Positions 8,741 to 18,555 of a stretch of 57,216 bases of DNA are shown here, piece after piece. This DNA is from a virus (Duplodnaviria > Caudoviricetes). The stretch spans positions 1 through 57,216 of IMG/VR virus record IMGVR_UViG_3300009194_000013; one strand, given 5' to 3'. Each line of letters opens with the position of its first letter. Position 1 is the stretch's first letter. A model generated the notes under the pieces. The model did not search any database. It saw nothing but the letters and a program-made list of their open reading frames with translations, and was not told the origin of the DNA. Position numbers and translations under genes: made by a program.

Positions 8741-8992
8741 ATGCACGAGAACGACACACCTATTGCATTTTTGAAGATAGCCGCAGCATGGCTGTTCGCA
8801 GCAATGGCCGAGGCTTGCACTTTTGTCTTCGGTCTGTCGCTGTCTCAGTGGGTGCAAGTCGCCGCCCTGTTGTTCACGGTGGCTCAGTTGTATTTCCTGT
8901 TGCGCGACAAGTGGTGGCGCGACCCTAAACGCACGCGCTCTACACGCCGACTGCAATACGACCGCAGCAAGGCTGACAAGCCACGCACATAG
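8741..8992 (+). CDS. Small membrane protein, holin-like
   Basis: Two hydrophobic segments, GLSLSQWVQVAALLFT, basic C-terminal tail. Confidence 0.55.
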   Translation: MHENDTPIAFLKIAAAWLFAAMAEACTFVFGLSLSQWVQVAALLFTVAQLYFLLRDKWWRDPKRTRSTRRLQYDRSKADKPRT

Positions 8993-9016
8993 AATCGCAG
9001 CCAACAGAGGACGCAT

Positions 9017-10057
9017 ATGAAGACTTGGTACACCGTCAAGGCGAAAGCCGACAAACCCGAAGAAGCTGAAATCGACATTCATGACGAAATCGGCGTTTGG
9101 GGTATCACCGCTCGCGACTTCATCAGTGATTTGAAGAAGTTGCCTGACAGCGTGAAGAACCTCACCTTGTCCGTGAACTCACCAGGCGGCTCAGTGTTCG
9201 ACGGATTCGCCATCTACAACGCACTGAAGAATGTTCGCGAAGGTGGCGTGACGATCACAGCCAAAGTCATGGGTATCGCGGCGTCTGCTGCGTCGTTCAT
9301 CGTCATGGCGTCCAACAAGATCGTCATGCCTGAGAACTCCATGATGATGGTTCACTATGCGTCGGCCCTGGCCTGGGGCAACGCGGAGGACATGCGCGAT
9401 ACTGCGGACATCCTCGACAAGATCGACAACTCACTCGTCGGCATCTACGTCGCACGTACCGGCAAGACCGAAGACGAAGTTCGCGCATTGCTCAAGGACG
9501 AGTCTTACATGAGCGCGGAGCAAGCGAAAGAGCTTGGCTTTGCGGATGAGGTTACGGAAAACGTGCGGGCTACCGCCAGCTTTGAGATTGATCGCCTGCC
9601 TGCAAATGTGCAAGCGCTGTTCCGCACTGTGCAAGCGCAACAGACTTCGCCACAGAACGAGCCGAAAGCCGATCCGGTTGTAGACGCTGAGCCGACAGTC
9701 GCTGAGCAGGTCCAGGCCCTGGCCAAAGAATCTGGCTTCGAGGCCCAAGCTGCATTCTTCGCAACCAACTACGCAAGCGTGGCCGACGCCAAAGCAGCAC
9801 TCACGAATGCTCGTGAAATTGCGGCTCTGTGCGCAGTCGCCAAGAAGCCTGATCTGAGTGATCGCTTCATTCAGGACAAGAAGTCCGTCGCCGATGTTCG
9901 CGCTGAACTCTGCAACAGCCTCGCTAGCGAGGATGAGCAGAAGCCAACGAGCAGCGCACGACGCAATGAGCACACGCCATCCGATCCGCAGCCGGTGGCG
10001 GGTTTGAAAACCGCTGACGTTTGGGCTGCACGTCGTAACTCTCACAAAGGAGCCTGA
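9017..10057 (+). CDS. ClpP-type prohead protease with scaffold-like C-terminus
   Basis: NSPGGSVFDG, GIAASAAS, MMVH, ESYMSAEQAKELGFAD. Confidence 0.93.
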   Translation: MKTWYTVKAKADKPEEAEIDIHDEIGVWGITARDFISDLKKLPDSVKNLTLSVNSPGGSVFDGFAIYNALKNVREGGVTITAKVMGIAASAASFIVMASNKIVMPENSMMMVHYASALAWGNAEDMRDTADILDKIDNSLVGIYVARTGKTEDEVRALLKDESYMSAEQAKELGFADEVTENVRATASFEIDRLPANVQALFRTVQAQQTSPQNEPKADPVVDAEPTVAEQVQALAKESGFEAQAAFFATNYASVADAKAALTNAREIAALCAVAKKPDLSDRFIQDKKSVADVRAELCNSLASEDEQKPTSSARRNEHTPSDPQPVAGLKTADVWAARRNSHKGA

Positions 10058-10059
10058 AA

Positions 10060-10404
10060 ATGGCATTGACACAAGGTAAGCTGACCGGCGAGTTTTTGCT
10101 CTCGGAAGCCAATGGCTACCAAAGCCGCGAAAACATCGTCATTGACTCAACCGCAGGCGCGATGGTGCCCGGCACGGTGGTGGGCAAGATGGCCAATGGC
10201 CGTTACAAAGCCTACGCCAATGGCAACAGCGCTGGCGATGCCGACGTCGCAGCAGGCATCCTGTACGCAGGTGTGCCCGACACGGCGACCAATCAAAAGG
10301 CCGTCATGATCGCTCGCTTGGCTGAAGTCCAAGACTCCATGCTGACCGGCATCGACGCGAATGGTCGCGCCGACCTGGCTGCGGCCATGATCCTCTTCCG
10401 CTGA
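10060..10404 (+). CDS. Head decoration protein
   Basis: EFLLSEANGYQSRE, PGTVVG, AAGIL; between protease and capsid. Confidence 0.85.
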   Translation: MALTQGKLTGEFLLSEANGYQSRENIVIDSTAGAMVPGTVVGKMANGRYKAYANGNSAGDADVAAGILYAGVPDTATNQKAVMIARLAEVQDSMLTGIDANGRADLAAAMILFR

Positions 10405-10441
10405 TTTCCGGCGTCATCCAACTCTACAGGAGAACTCTGTC

Positions 10442-11437
10442 ATGGCATCACTCGACATTTTCAATGATGACGCCTTCAGTCTGCAATCGCTGACCAAGGC
10501 CATCAACGACACCCCCTACCAGCCGATGCGCATCGGCGAACTGAACCTCTTCGGCGAAGAGTCCATCAACACTACTTCAGTGAGCATCGAACGCCTGGGC
10601 TCTACCCTCGGCCTGGTGCCCGTTTCCGCACGCGGCTCGGTTCCAACTCGCAATCGCGACGAAAAGCCCAGCATGTTCGACATCAAGACCGTTCGCCTGG
10701 CCAAAGCCGACGCGATGATGGCCGATGAAATCCAGAATGTTCGTGCTTTTGGCAGTGAAACAGAACTGGAAACGATTCAAAACCGCGTGAATCGCAAGCT
10801 CGGCAAGCTCCGTCGTGACATTGACGTCACCCTGGAATATCAGCGCATGGGCGCACTGAAGGGTCAAATTGTTGACTCGGATGGCAGTACCGTTCTGTTG
10901 GACTGCTACACGCTGTTCAACCTGACCAAGCAGACCCATGACATGGTGCTCGACAACGACACGACCAAAGTCAAGCTCAAAGCGGTCGAAGCCAAGCGCA
11001 AGGTCGAAAACGCTCTCGGCGCCAAGATGTATCGCGGCCTGCGCGCATTCTGCTCGGCGTCGTACTTCGATGCCCTGGTTGGCCATCCCGCTGTGGCGAA
11101 AGCCTATGACTTGTGGCTCGAAGGCCAGTTCTTGCGCGAAGATCAGCGTGGCGGCTTTCCCTTTGTCGGCATTCAATGGGAGGAATACCGTGGCGCTGTC
11201 AGCGGCCAGGCATTTGTTCCTGACGGCAAGGCCATTCTTGTGCCAGAAGGTGTCGCAGATATGTTCGTGACGCACTTTGCGCCTGCTGACTACGTCGAGA
11301 CGGTCAACACCAACGGCCTGCCGTACTACTCGAAGCAAGAGCGCATGCGCATGGATCGTGGTGTCGAGATCGAAGCTCAAACGCAGACCATCTCGATCAA
11401 CACGCAGCCCGATGCTGTGATCGAACTGTCGATCTGA
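10442..11437 (+). CDS. Major capsid protein (gpE family)
   Basis: DIFNDDAFS..LT.AIN, TLEYQRMGALKG, FAPADYVETVNT.GLPYY. Confidence 0.93.
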   Translation: MASLDIFNDDAFSLQSLTKAINDTPYQPMRIGELNLFGEESINTTSVSIERLGSTLGLVPVSARGSVPTRNRDEKPSMFDIKTVRLAKADAMMADEIQNVRAFGSETELETIQNRVNRKLGKLRRDIDVTLEYQRMGALKGQIVDSDGSTVLLDCYTLFNLTKQTHDMVLDNDTTKVKLKAVEAKRKVENALGAKMYRGLRAFCSASYFDALVGHPAVAKAYDLWLEGQFLREDQRGGFPFVGIQWEEYRGAVSGQAFVPDGKAILVPEGVADMFVTHFAPADYVETVNTNGLPYYSKQERMRMDRGVEIEAQTQTISINTQPDAVIELSI

Positions 11438-11442
11438 GTACC

Positions 11443-11748
11443 ATGCACCCTGCGTTTGTCAGGGCCGCAAAGAGCGTTCGATCCCGTTTGGGGTTGGACG
11501 CTCTTTTTGCAGGTACCCATGAAACAAAGGCCCCGCTCGAATGCGGGCTCGAAGTCGTTGACGGTCAAGGCAACGTCACGGTGGCACAGTTTGTTGCAAC
11601 CCTGGACAAAGCGCTCGATCCACAAAAGGGCAATACCCTGGTGTACCTGCATTCAGACGGCAACCCTATTGTCGGTGAGAGCTATACGCTTGATGTGATG
11701 ATCGCTGACAACGGTGCAAATCAGCGCTGGATTTTGCTGAAAGCATGA
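11443..11748 (+). CDS. Head-tail adaptor (FII-like)
   Basis: Position and size; beta-rich. Confidence 0.55.
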   Translation: MHPAFVRAAKSVRSRLGLDALFAGTHETKAPLECGLEVVDGQGNVTVAQFVATLDKALDPQKGNTLVYLHSDGNPIVGESYTLDVMIADNGANQRWILLKA

Positions 11749-12584
11749 CAATGGCTACCGCACTCGTAAGCTACGATCTTTCTGAGCTTGAGGTACTGGC
11801 CAAGGGCTTGGGTAGCCTGGACGCCAACACCCTGGGTGGGACAGCTATACGCACAGTCAACGAAGTCACAAAACGAGGCTTTGCTACAGCCAAGCGGCAA
11901 ATGCTTTCGGGGGTTGCGCTTTCAGAGTCGTATGTCAACGAGCGTATGACCGTGGAAGAGGCGACTGATCCAAAAGAGCCGACTGCAACAATCATTGCGT
12001 TTCGTCCGGGCGGCAAGCGCAAGCCTGCTACAAAGCCAGTGAACTTGCGCCAGTACGCTGCTCGCATTGAGCAAGAGTTCACCAACTGGCGCAATGACGG
12101 CACGGCTCGAAACAGCGGTCGTCAGGTTTTCGTCACGACAATGGGCGGCGTGTTGCCGAAAGGTCAGGCCGGGGCCGTCAACCAAGGCGCCATGTACGAG
12201 AACCCTCGTAAGCCCGGCTCGAAGCTGCCGTTCAAAAAGCGAATCGGCAATCAAGTGCTTGGCTTGCCGGTTGGTACAAAGGCCAAAGACATCTCAGTCG
12301 AGGTTCGTACCGGCAATCGAAAGATCATACGACCTTCATCGAAAGGTTTCAAAGCCTTCATGCAGCGCATGCCCAACGGCGAGGTGCTGCTTATGCGCCG
12401 CACGACCAAGACAGGTGGCAAAGGCAACAAAGGAAAGATGGAGTCGTTGCATTCGCTTTCAGTTTGGCAGTTGTTCAATGCTGAGCGCACGAAAGCAAAG
12501 ATCATCCCTCTGATAATGGCCGATCTCGAATCGACGGCAGTATCAGACTTCTCCGAGCAGATTGAGAAAGCATTCAAGCTATGA
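11745..12584 (+). CDS. Tail completion/neck protein (gpZ-like)
   Basis: Basic protein in gpZ position, AIRTVNEV, SLSVWQLF. Confidence 0.6.
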   Translation: MTMATALVSYDLSELEVLAKGLGSLDANTLGGTAIRTVNEVTKRGFATAKRQMLSGVALSESYVNERMTVEEATDPKEPTATIIAFRPGGKRKPATKPVNLRQYAARIEQEFTNWRNDGTARNSGRQVFVTTMGGVLPKGQAGAVNQGAMYENPRKPGSKLPFKKRIGNQVLGLPVGTKAKDISVEVRTGNRKIIRPSSKGFKAFMQRMPNGEVLLMRRTTKTGGKGNKGKMESLHSLSVWQLFNAERTKAKIIPLIMADLESTAVSDFSEQIEKAFKL

Positions 12585-13042
12585 GCAAAGCGAAGACACT
12601 GGCCGCGAACATCTCAGCGCGTCTTAGCGAGATACGCATCGCCAACGGCTATCTGACTGACATCGGCGCGTCAGTCAAGCGCGGCAAGCTGACTTTCAAC
12701 GAAAGTGAAGCGCCGTGCATCGTCTTGGTTGAAGGCGACGACGACCCAATTGAGCAGCAGAATCTGCAATGCCGACTTAGCTTGAGCTTTATTGCTGAAG
12801 GTCATGACGTATGCGATCCAGAAAACCCCAACGACAAGATTCACGACATCGCGACTGACATCAAGAAAGCCATCTTTGGCGATGACACGACGTTCGGTGG
12901 ACTGGTCAAACCGAATCGCAATGCCACCCCCGGTCTGCGCTATACCGGCAGCAGCAAAGGTGTGCGCGAGGACGGCTCAAAGCTGGTGTCATGTGGCATT
13001 CAATTTGAATGTGAGATCGTAGAAGACCTGTCGAACCCGTAA
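12581..13042 (+). CDS. Tail terminator-like protein
   Basis: [12 protein letters not shown] motif; precedes tail tube. Confidence 0.65.
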   Translation: MSKAKTLAANISARLSEIRIANGYLTDIGASVKRGKLTFNESEAPCIVLVEGDDDPIEQQNLQCRLSLSFIAEGHDVCDPENPNDKIHDIATDIKKAIFGDDTTFGGLVKPNRNATPGLRYTGSSKGVREDGSKLVSCGIQFECEIVEDLSNP

Positions 13043-13086
13043 CGCAATTCTCCCGCAGTTGTTTCGGGTTCGTCATTACTTACACT
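13043..13086 (+). promoter_or_regulatory. Late promoter 3: CGCAA-N6-CGCAG-N22-TACACT
   Basis: Identical spacing to the other two copies. Confidence 0.7.
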
Positions 13087-13126
13087 TGCGGGAACTCTTT
13101 AGAGCGACTTTTTTGGAGATTCAATC

Positions 13127-14091
13127 ATGAGCAACGCACGCGGTTTCTTGGGGCTGGCGATCTGTACATCGCCCGTTATGAGGGTGGTGTATTCTTGGAC
13201 TACGAAGGCCCTTTCGAGTGCCGCAAGTTTGAGATCAAGCCCAACGTCGATCTGAAGGAACTCGTTTCCAAGGGTCGCTTCACCTACGGTCAAACCATTG
13301 AATCGGTTCCAGTGCCGCAGCCGTCTGACCTGACAGTCGAATTGTCCGAAGTCAACAAGACCTCCCTGGCCATCGCCTTGCTGGGCACCACCTCAAGCGT
13401 GGCTCAGACATCAGGCACTCTGACCAACGAAGCCATCGTCTCTTCGATTGACAAATGGGTTGCGCTGTCGAAGGTGTCTCTTACAGGTGCTCAAACAGTC
13501 GCTGGTGGTGCAGTCACCGCCGCAGTTACCGGCGCGATCAGCGGCACGACCTTGACGGTGAGCGTTGTTTCTTCCGGCACTTTGTCTGTCGGTCAGGCCA
13601 TTTCCGGCTCAGGCATGACAGCCGGTACACGCATCACCGCATTCCTCACAGGCACAGGTGGCACAGGCACCTATACGGTCAACAACAGTCAGACTTTTGC
13701 GAGCGCTTCGATCACAGGCGCGGCGGGTGCCACCTACGTTGAGGGTGAAGACTTCATCGTGAACAAGACACTGGGCTGGATCAAAGCCCTGTCTAGCGGC
13801 GACATCATCGACGATCAACCTTTGAAGGTCACGACCACTTACGGCAGCGTGAGCGGCGTTGAAATCAAGGGCTCGACACAAGCGCAGGTTCGCGCCAAGT
13901 TCAAGCTGGATGGCGTGAACTTCGTTGACAACGCAAGCTGCATCGTCACCGTGCATGAAGGCATCATCGCCTCGGACAGCGCCTTCGACTTCCTGGCCGA
14001 CGACTTCAACACCGTCACGATGCCTGGTCGCATGAAGACACCTACCGGCTTCATTGAGCCCTACACGGTTCGTCTGCTGGACGCAGCATAA
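13127..14091 (+). CDS. Major tail tube protein (apparent -1 frame break near 13150)
   Basis: GGAG RBS + ATG 13127 reads MSNARGFLG; the -1 frame continues [22 protein letters not shown] into the 13195-14091 ORF; gene precedes tape measure. Confidence 0.8.
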
Positions 14092-14130
14092 GTCGTACAC
14101 GACAAGTCCCTGACGGCTAGGCCGACAGGC

Positions 14131-14170
14131 GCGGGGTGTCAGGGTAATTCCTGGCACCCCGTTTTCTTTT
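14131..14170 (+). terminator. Rho-independent terminator
   Basis: GCGGGGTGTCAGG/CCTGGCACCCCGT stem + T-tract. Confidence 0.75.
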
Positions 14171-14185
14171 AACCGGAAGAAAGCA

Positions 14186-17100
14186 ATGGCAACACAAAAG
14201 AAAGACGTCGAACTCGGCATTGGCGTAAACGTCAAGAACACCGAGCGCGTCAAGGCCCTGACGGAAGACTTGAACAGCCTGGCGCAAAGCGGTAAAGCCG
14301 CTACGCCTGAATTTGAGCGACTGGCTTCTGAGCTTGAGCAGTTGGGTAAGCAAGCGGGTGCCGCAGAGAGCTTGCAGCAAGTCGAAACGGAGTTGACGCA
14401 GACGGCTGAAGCCATGTCTCAGGCTTTCGACAAGTCTGAGCAACTGGCTCGCTCGCTCGATGAGCAGCGCAAGGCTACGCAGAATGTGCGCGATGCTCAG
14501 AAGATCGCTCAGGAGACTTACGACAACACCCGAATCAAGCTCGCTGAAGTAAAAGGTGAGCTTGATGAGCTTCGCGCTTCCACAGACCGCGCAGGTAAAA
14601 GCTCAGAAGACTATATCGACCGTCAGCGCAATCTAAAAGAACAGATCGCTGGCTTAGAAACGTCGGCGAAGAAGCAGGGTATTGCGCTTCAGCAGGCCAA
14701 TCGCGAGCTTCGAGATTCAAACGCCGAGTTGGGGCGCGCCGAAAGTGCTGCTAACAAGACGCAAAAAGCTGTCGATCAGTTGAGTCGTAAGTACGACGAG
14801 CAGACGCAGGCGGTTATCAAGGCCCGTGATGCACTCACGCAGACGGGCGCTTCTGCCGATGCAGCTGAGCAGGCTCAGCAAGCGCTCGCGGCTGCTATTG
14901 ATGACGTTGCAAAAGCATCGACTGAGTACAACCGACTGCGCACGCAATCCGCTGAGATTGAAGCCGCAGTCGCTGAAGCGAACGAGCGAAATGTAAACCT
15001 AGCCAAACGTGCTGCGGCTGAACGTGAGACTGCGGCTCGGGCGGCAAAGGCAGCGGCCAATGAGCAGGCTGCTGCTGAAACTAAGCTGAGCTACGCCTTG
15101 GATGAGGTCGCTGCCCGTGAAGCAGAGGTCGCAGAGAATGCCAGGCAAGCCGGAAATGCGCTCGACAAGGCATTCAGTGTCACAGGGGCTCGCTCAATCG
15201 CAGCGATTAAAGCTGACATCGACGAGGTGAACCGTTCGCTGGCATTGCTTCAATCGCAGGGATTGAGTAAGCTGGAACTCGACCGGGCGTTTGCCGGTGC
15301 CAATGAGCGTGTCAAAGAACTCAAGCGTGAGCTTTCGTCGGTGCCCGGCCAGTTCAATCTTGTTGGTGCAAGCGTTGACTTTCTGAAAAACCAGTTCGTA
15401 CAGCTTGCCGCCGCGTACCAAGGCATCGACCTGGCCAGCAAGTTCCTACAAGCCAACATCCAGATCGAAGGTCTTCGTCGCACTTTGACGATCTCGACCG
15501 GCTCGTTTCAAGAAGCTGAGCGTCAGATTGCGTTCTTGCGTAAGACGGCTGATTTAACCGGCCAGTCTTTTTCTCAGATTGCGGACGAGTACAAGAAGTT
15601 CAGCATTTCATTGAGTACGAGCGGCTACTCGTTGTCACAGACAGAGGAACTGTTCTTGGCCGTGGCCAGTGCAGCGGGTAAGTTGGGTCTGAGCAGCGAT
15701 AAGACCGGCAATATCCTGAACGCTCTATCGCAGATCGCCAACAAAGGCGTTGTGTCGATGGAAGAGTTGCGCGGTCAGATGGGTGAATCGCTGCCAGGTG
15801 CGTTGCAGTTGGCGGCAGATGCTACAGGCATCTCAACGGATCGCCTTATCAAGCTGATTGAGACGGGGCAGGTGCTGTCTCGGGACATGCTGCCGTATTT
15901 GGCCAAGGCTATGACGGATAAGTTTGGCGATGCCAAGGAAGAAGTGCAGGGCTTCCAAGCTGAGTGGAACCGTTTGTCAAATGCAATAACGAAGCTGTCG
16001 CAAGACGCTAACGACAGCACGTTCTTCAAAGCGCTCACTACGTCGGTAGCTTTTGCTGCGGACAACTTCAAGGGACTCGCGGATGCTGCGTTCATCGCAG
16101 GTAAAGCCTTTGCGGCGTTCAAGCTACTAGACTACCTGGGTCAAACCAAAGCCGTTGCGGAAGCTACGCGCCTGCTTACGACAGAGCAAAAGGTAAACAC
16201 CGAAGTCGTAAAGCAGAATACGGTTCAAAAGGAGCTGAACACCGTAGCCGAGGCACAAGGCTCTGTCGCGAGAAAGAAGGCCGCTGCGGATGTAGTAGCT
16301 GAGACTGCCGCGCTGCAAGCCAACACAGCTGTCACCTCGACCAACACTGCGTCGAAGACCGGCGCTATCGCATCACTTGGTCGCATGGGGCAAGCGGTAA
16401 CGGCGACAGCGGGCTCCGCAGCCGCGATGGCGTCTACTCTTGCAGCAGGTATCGGTCGGTTTGGCGCGTGGGGTGCAGCCGCGTACCTGGCTTACAGCGT
16501 GGCAAAAGACCTTAGCGATGTAATCGCAGATGGCGTGTTTAAGCTGACCGGCTACAACGAGCGCATAGCCGAAGCTGAGCGAGTGTCGGCGTCTTTGCAA
16601 AAAAGACTGGCCGAGGCCGAGGAAGGTCGTCGGCAGTCGTACCTGCTCATCCAAGATCGCTTTCAAGACGCTATAAAAAGCTCAGAGCAAGCCGTTGTTG
16701 TTGCAGACAAAGAAGTCAAAGCCATAGAAGCTCGCAGCGCTATGCAAGTAGGTCTTGCGAAACTTTACGGGGACACCACTATTGCAGCCGTTGCAGAAGC
16801 AAAGGCGTCTGAGAACATCGCCCAGGCGTTGCAAGGAGAAGCTGACGTCCGGGAGCTTCAAGCCACGCTCCTGGAAAAGAAGGTATCAGCCCTACAAGCT
16901 GCCGCAGAAGCAAACAACGAGAATAACGAGACTGTTCTTGCCTCAATCGAGTCGGAACGCAAGAACGCAGAAGGCTTGCGCGCCGCTGCCGAAGCTGCCC
17001 GTGCAAAAGCACAAGCCGCAAACGACGTGGCCACCGCTTCTCAGTCAGCCGCTTTGGCGCTTAAAGACAACTCCGGTCGAGTCGATGAGTTGAAGCTGGC

Positions 17101-18160
17101 ATACGAAGCCGCGAGCAAAGAAGTGGAGACGCTGCGCTACATGCAAGAGCGCGGGGTTGTCACCGGGGAAACGGTAGCCGCAGGTATGCGACAACAGGTA
17201 TTGGCGTTGAACGCGTATCGAGACGCCCTAGCCGATTCCGCCGCACGCTTGCGTCTTAGCATTGAGACTTTGCGCGTAGACACGCAAACGCGTCAAGCCG
17301 GCCTGTCTGTAAAGCTGGCCGAGGCTCAGGCGTCTGAGAAGGTCGCTCAAGCCTACGGTAATGAGAGAGGCGCCTTAGATGCTCAAATCGTACAAAAGCG
17401 CGTGTCGATTGAACAGACCCGAGCCGCCGCGCAGGCAAAAATAGACGAGGCAGACGCGACCATAAAGGAGTTACAGCTTCAGAAGGAGTTGATAACTGGA
17501 TCAGACGACTTGGCAGTTCGTCAACGTGCCGAGATTGAGTTGCGAATCAAGTCAGAACAAGCCAAAAAGAAAGAAGCCGAAGCTAGCGACTCTGTTGTAA
17601 AAGGCTTGGAAGCCGAAATTGATGCTGTTGAGCGTGCCGCTCGTGCGAAGGCCATTGCGAACCAAGCCAACAACGTCGGCGGCATCCGCAATGCAAGCGA
17701 CAACATTCAGATCGACGAGAACGGTCGCAGTGACTATCAGCGCAACCTGATGTCACAACAAGGTGGGCCGGTCGACAACAGTTTCATCTTCCAATTGCGA
17801 GACAGACTGGCCAGGGGTGATAGCTTCGCAGCTAGTGAGTTGCCTGCGATTGAGAACGCATATCGTGTAGCTCTTGAGAACCAGAAGATGATGGCTAGCA
17901 CAAAGGTGCCGTCGCTTGAAGGTATGCGCGATGCCGATTCTTGGGTCAACACTTTACGCAACGTCGTAGAGCGTGCTGGTGGTAGCACTTCAGGTGGTAT
18001 TACATCGGGTAAGAGTGTGGGCCTAAATACATCGTCGCATACAGTCACGGTTAAGTTCGGCAGTTCATCAAAGACGGTAAACACGGCCAGTGCCGCTGAC
18101 GCGAAGCAATTGAGCGATCTGTTCAAGGAACTTGAGAATCAATCTAACCGAGCATCGTAA
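14186..18160 (+). CDS. Tail tape measure protein
   Basis: 1324 aa, Ala-rich coiled coil; ALSQIANKGVVSMEELRGQMGESLPGA tape-measure domain. Confidence 0.93.
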   Translation: MATQKKDVELGIGVNVKNTERVKALTEDLNSLAQSGKAATPEFERLASELEQLGKQAGAAESLQQVETELTQTAEAMSQAFDKSEQLARSLDEQRKATQNVRDAQKIAQETYDNTRIKLAEVKGELDELRASTDRAGKSSEDYIDRQRNLKEQIAGLETSAKKQGIALQQANRELRDSNAELGRAESAANKTQKAVDQLSRKYDEQTQAVIKARDALTQTGASADAAEQAQQALAAAIDDVAKASTEYNRLRTQSAEIEAAVAEANERNVNLAKRAAAERETAARAAKAAANEQAAAETKLSYALDEVAAREAEVAENARQAGNALDKAFSVTGARSIAAIKADIDEVNRSLALLQSQGLSKLELDRAFAGANERVKELKRELSSVPGQFNLVGASVDFLKNQFVQLAAAYQGIDLASKFLQANIQIEGLRRTLTISTGSFQEAERQIAFLRKTADLTGQSFSQIADEYKKFSISLSTSGYSLSQTEELFLAVASAAGKLGLSSDKTGNILNALSQIANKGVVSMEELRGQMGESLPGALQLAADATGISTDRLIKLIETGQVLSRDMLPYLAKAMTDKFGDAKEEVQGFQAEWNRLSNAITKLSQDANDSTFFKALTTSVAFAADNFKGLADAAFIAGKAFAAFKLLDYLGQTKAVAEATRLLTTEQKVNTEVVKQNTVQKELNTVAEAQGSVARKKAAADVVAETAALQANTAVTSTNTASKTGAIASLGRMGQAVTATAGSAAAMASTLAAGIGRFGAWGAAAYLAYSVAKDLSDVIADGVFKLTGYNERIAEAERVSASLQKRLAEAEEGRRQSYLLIQDRFQDAIKSSEQAVVVADKEVKAIEARSAMQVGLAKLYGDTTIAAVAEAKASENIAQALQGEADVRELQATLLEKKVSALQAAAEANNENNETVLASIESERKNAEGLRAAAEAARAKAQAANDVATASQSAALALKDNSGRVDELKLAYEAASKEVETLRYMQERGVVTGETVAAGMRQQVLALNAYRDALADSAARLRLSIETLRVDTQTRQAGLSVKLAEAQASEKVAQAYGNERGALDAQIVQKRVSIEQTRAAAQAKIDEADATIKELQLQKELITGSDDLAVRQRAEIELRIKSEQAKKKEAEASDSVVKGLEAEIDAVERAARAKAIANQANNVGGIRNASDNIQIDENGRSDYQRNLMSQQGGPVDNSFIFQLRDRLARGDSFAASELPAIENAYRVALENQKMMASTKVPSLEGMRDADSWVNTLRNVVERAGGSTSGGITSGKSVGLNTSSHTVTVKFGSSSKTVNTASAADAKQLSDLFKELENQSNRAS

Positions 18161-18162
18161 TC

Positions 18163-18555
18163 ATGCCAATCACATTAACTTACGACACGACAAACATCGA
18201 ACTGCCAGAAGACCTGTACTGGTCAGACGAAGATTGGTCGCCCATTGAGCAGACGTCTGATTATTCAGTTCGCGGTGCGCTCATCATCCAAGAGGCTGTT
18301 AGAACGAACGGCAGACCGATCACCTTACAGCCTGAAGATGACCGTAGCGCAGCTATGTCGAGAGCTACCTTTGACATCTTACGCAATTGGGCCGCAGTCG
18401 CCGGGCGGCAGATGACCCTTACACTGCGAGGTGAAACATACAACGTCATATTTCGGCATACAGAGCGAGCAATTGAATCACGTCCATTCGTTCACTACAG
18501 CGACGTGCAATCAACTGACTACTATCTTACAACCCTGCGTTTCACGGTGATCTAA
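18163..18555 (+). CDS. Distal tail-like protein
   Basis: LPEDLYWSDE, GALIIQ, GRPITL; follows tape measure. Confidence 0.7.
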   Translation: MPITLTYDTTNIELPEDLYWSDEDWSPIEQTSDYSVRGALIIQEAVRTNGRPITLQPEDDRSAAMSRATFDILRNWAAVAGRQMTLTLRGETYNVIFRHTERAIESRPFVHYSDVQSTDYYLTTLRFTVI

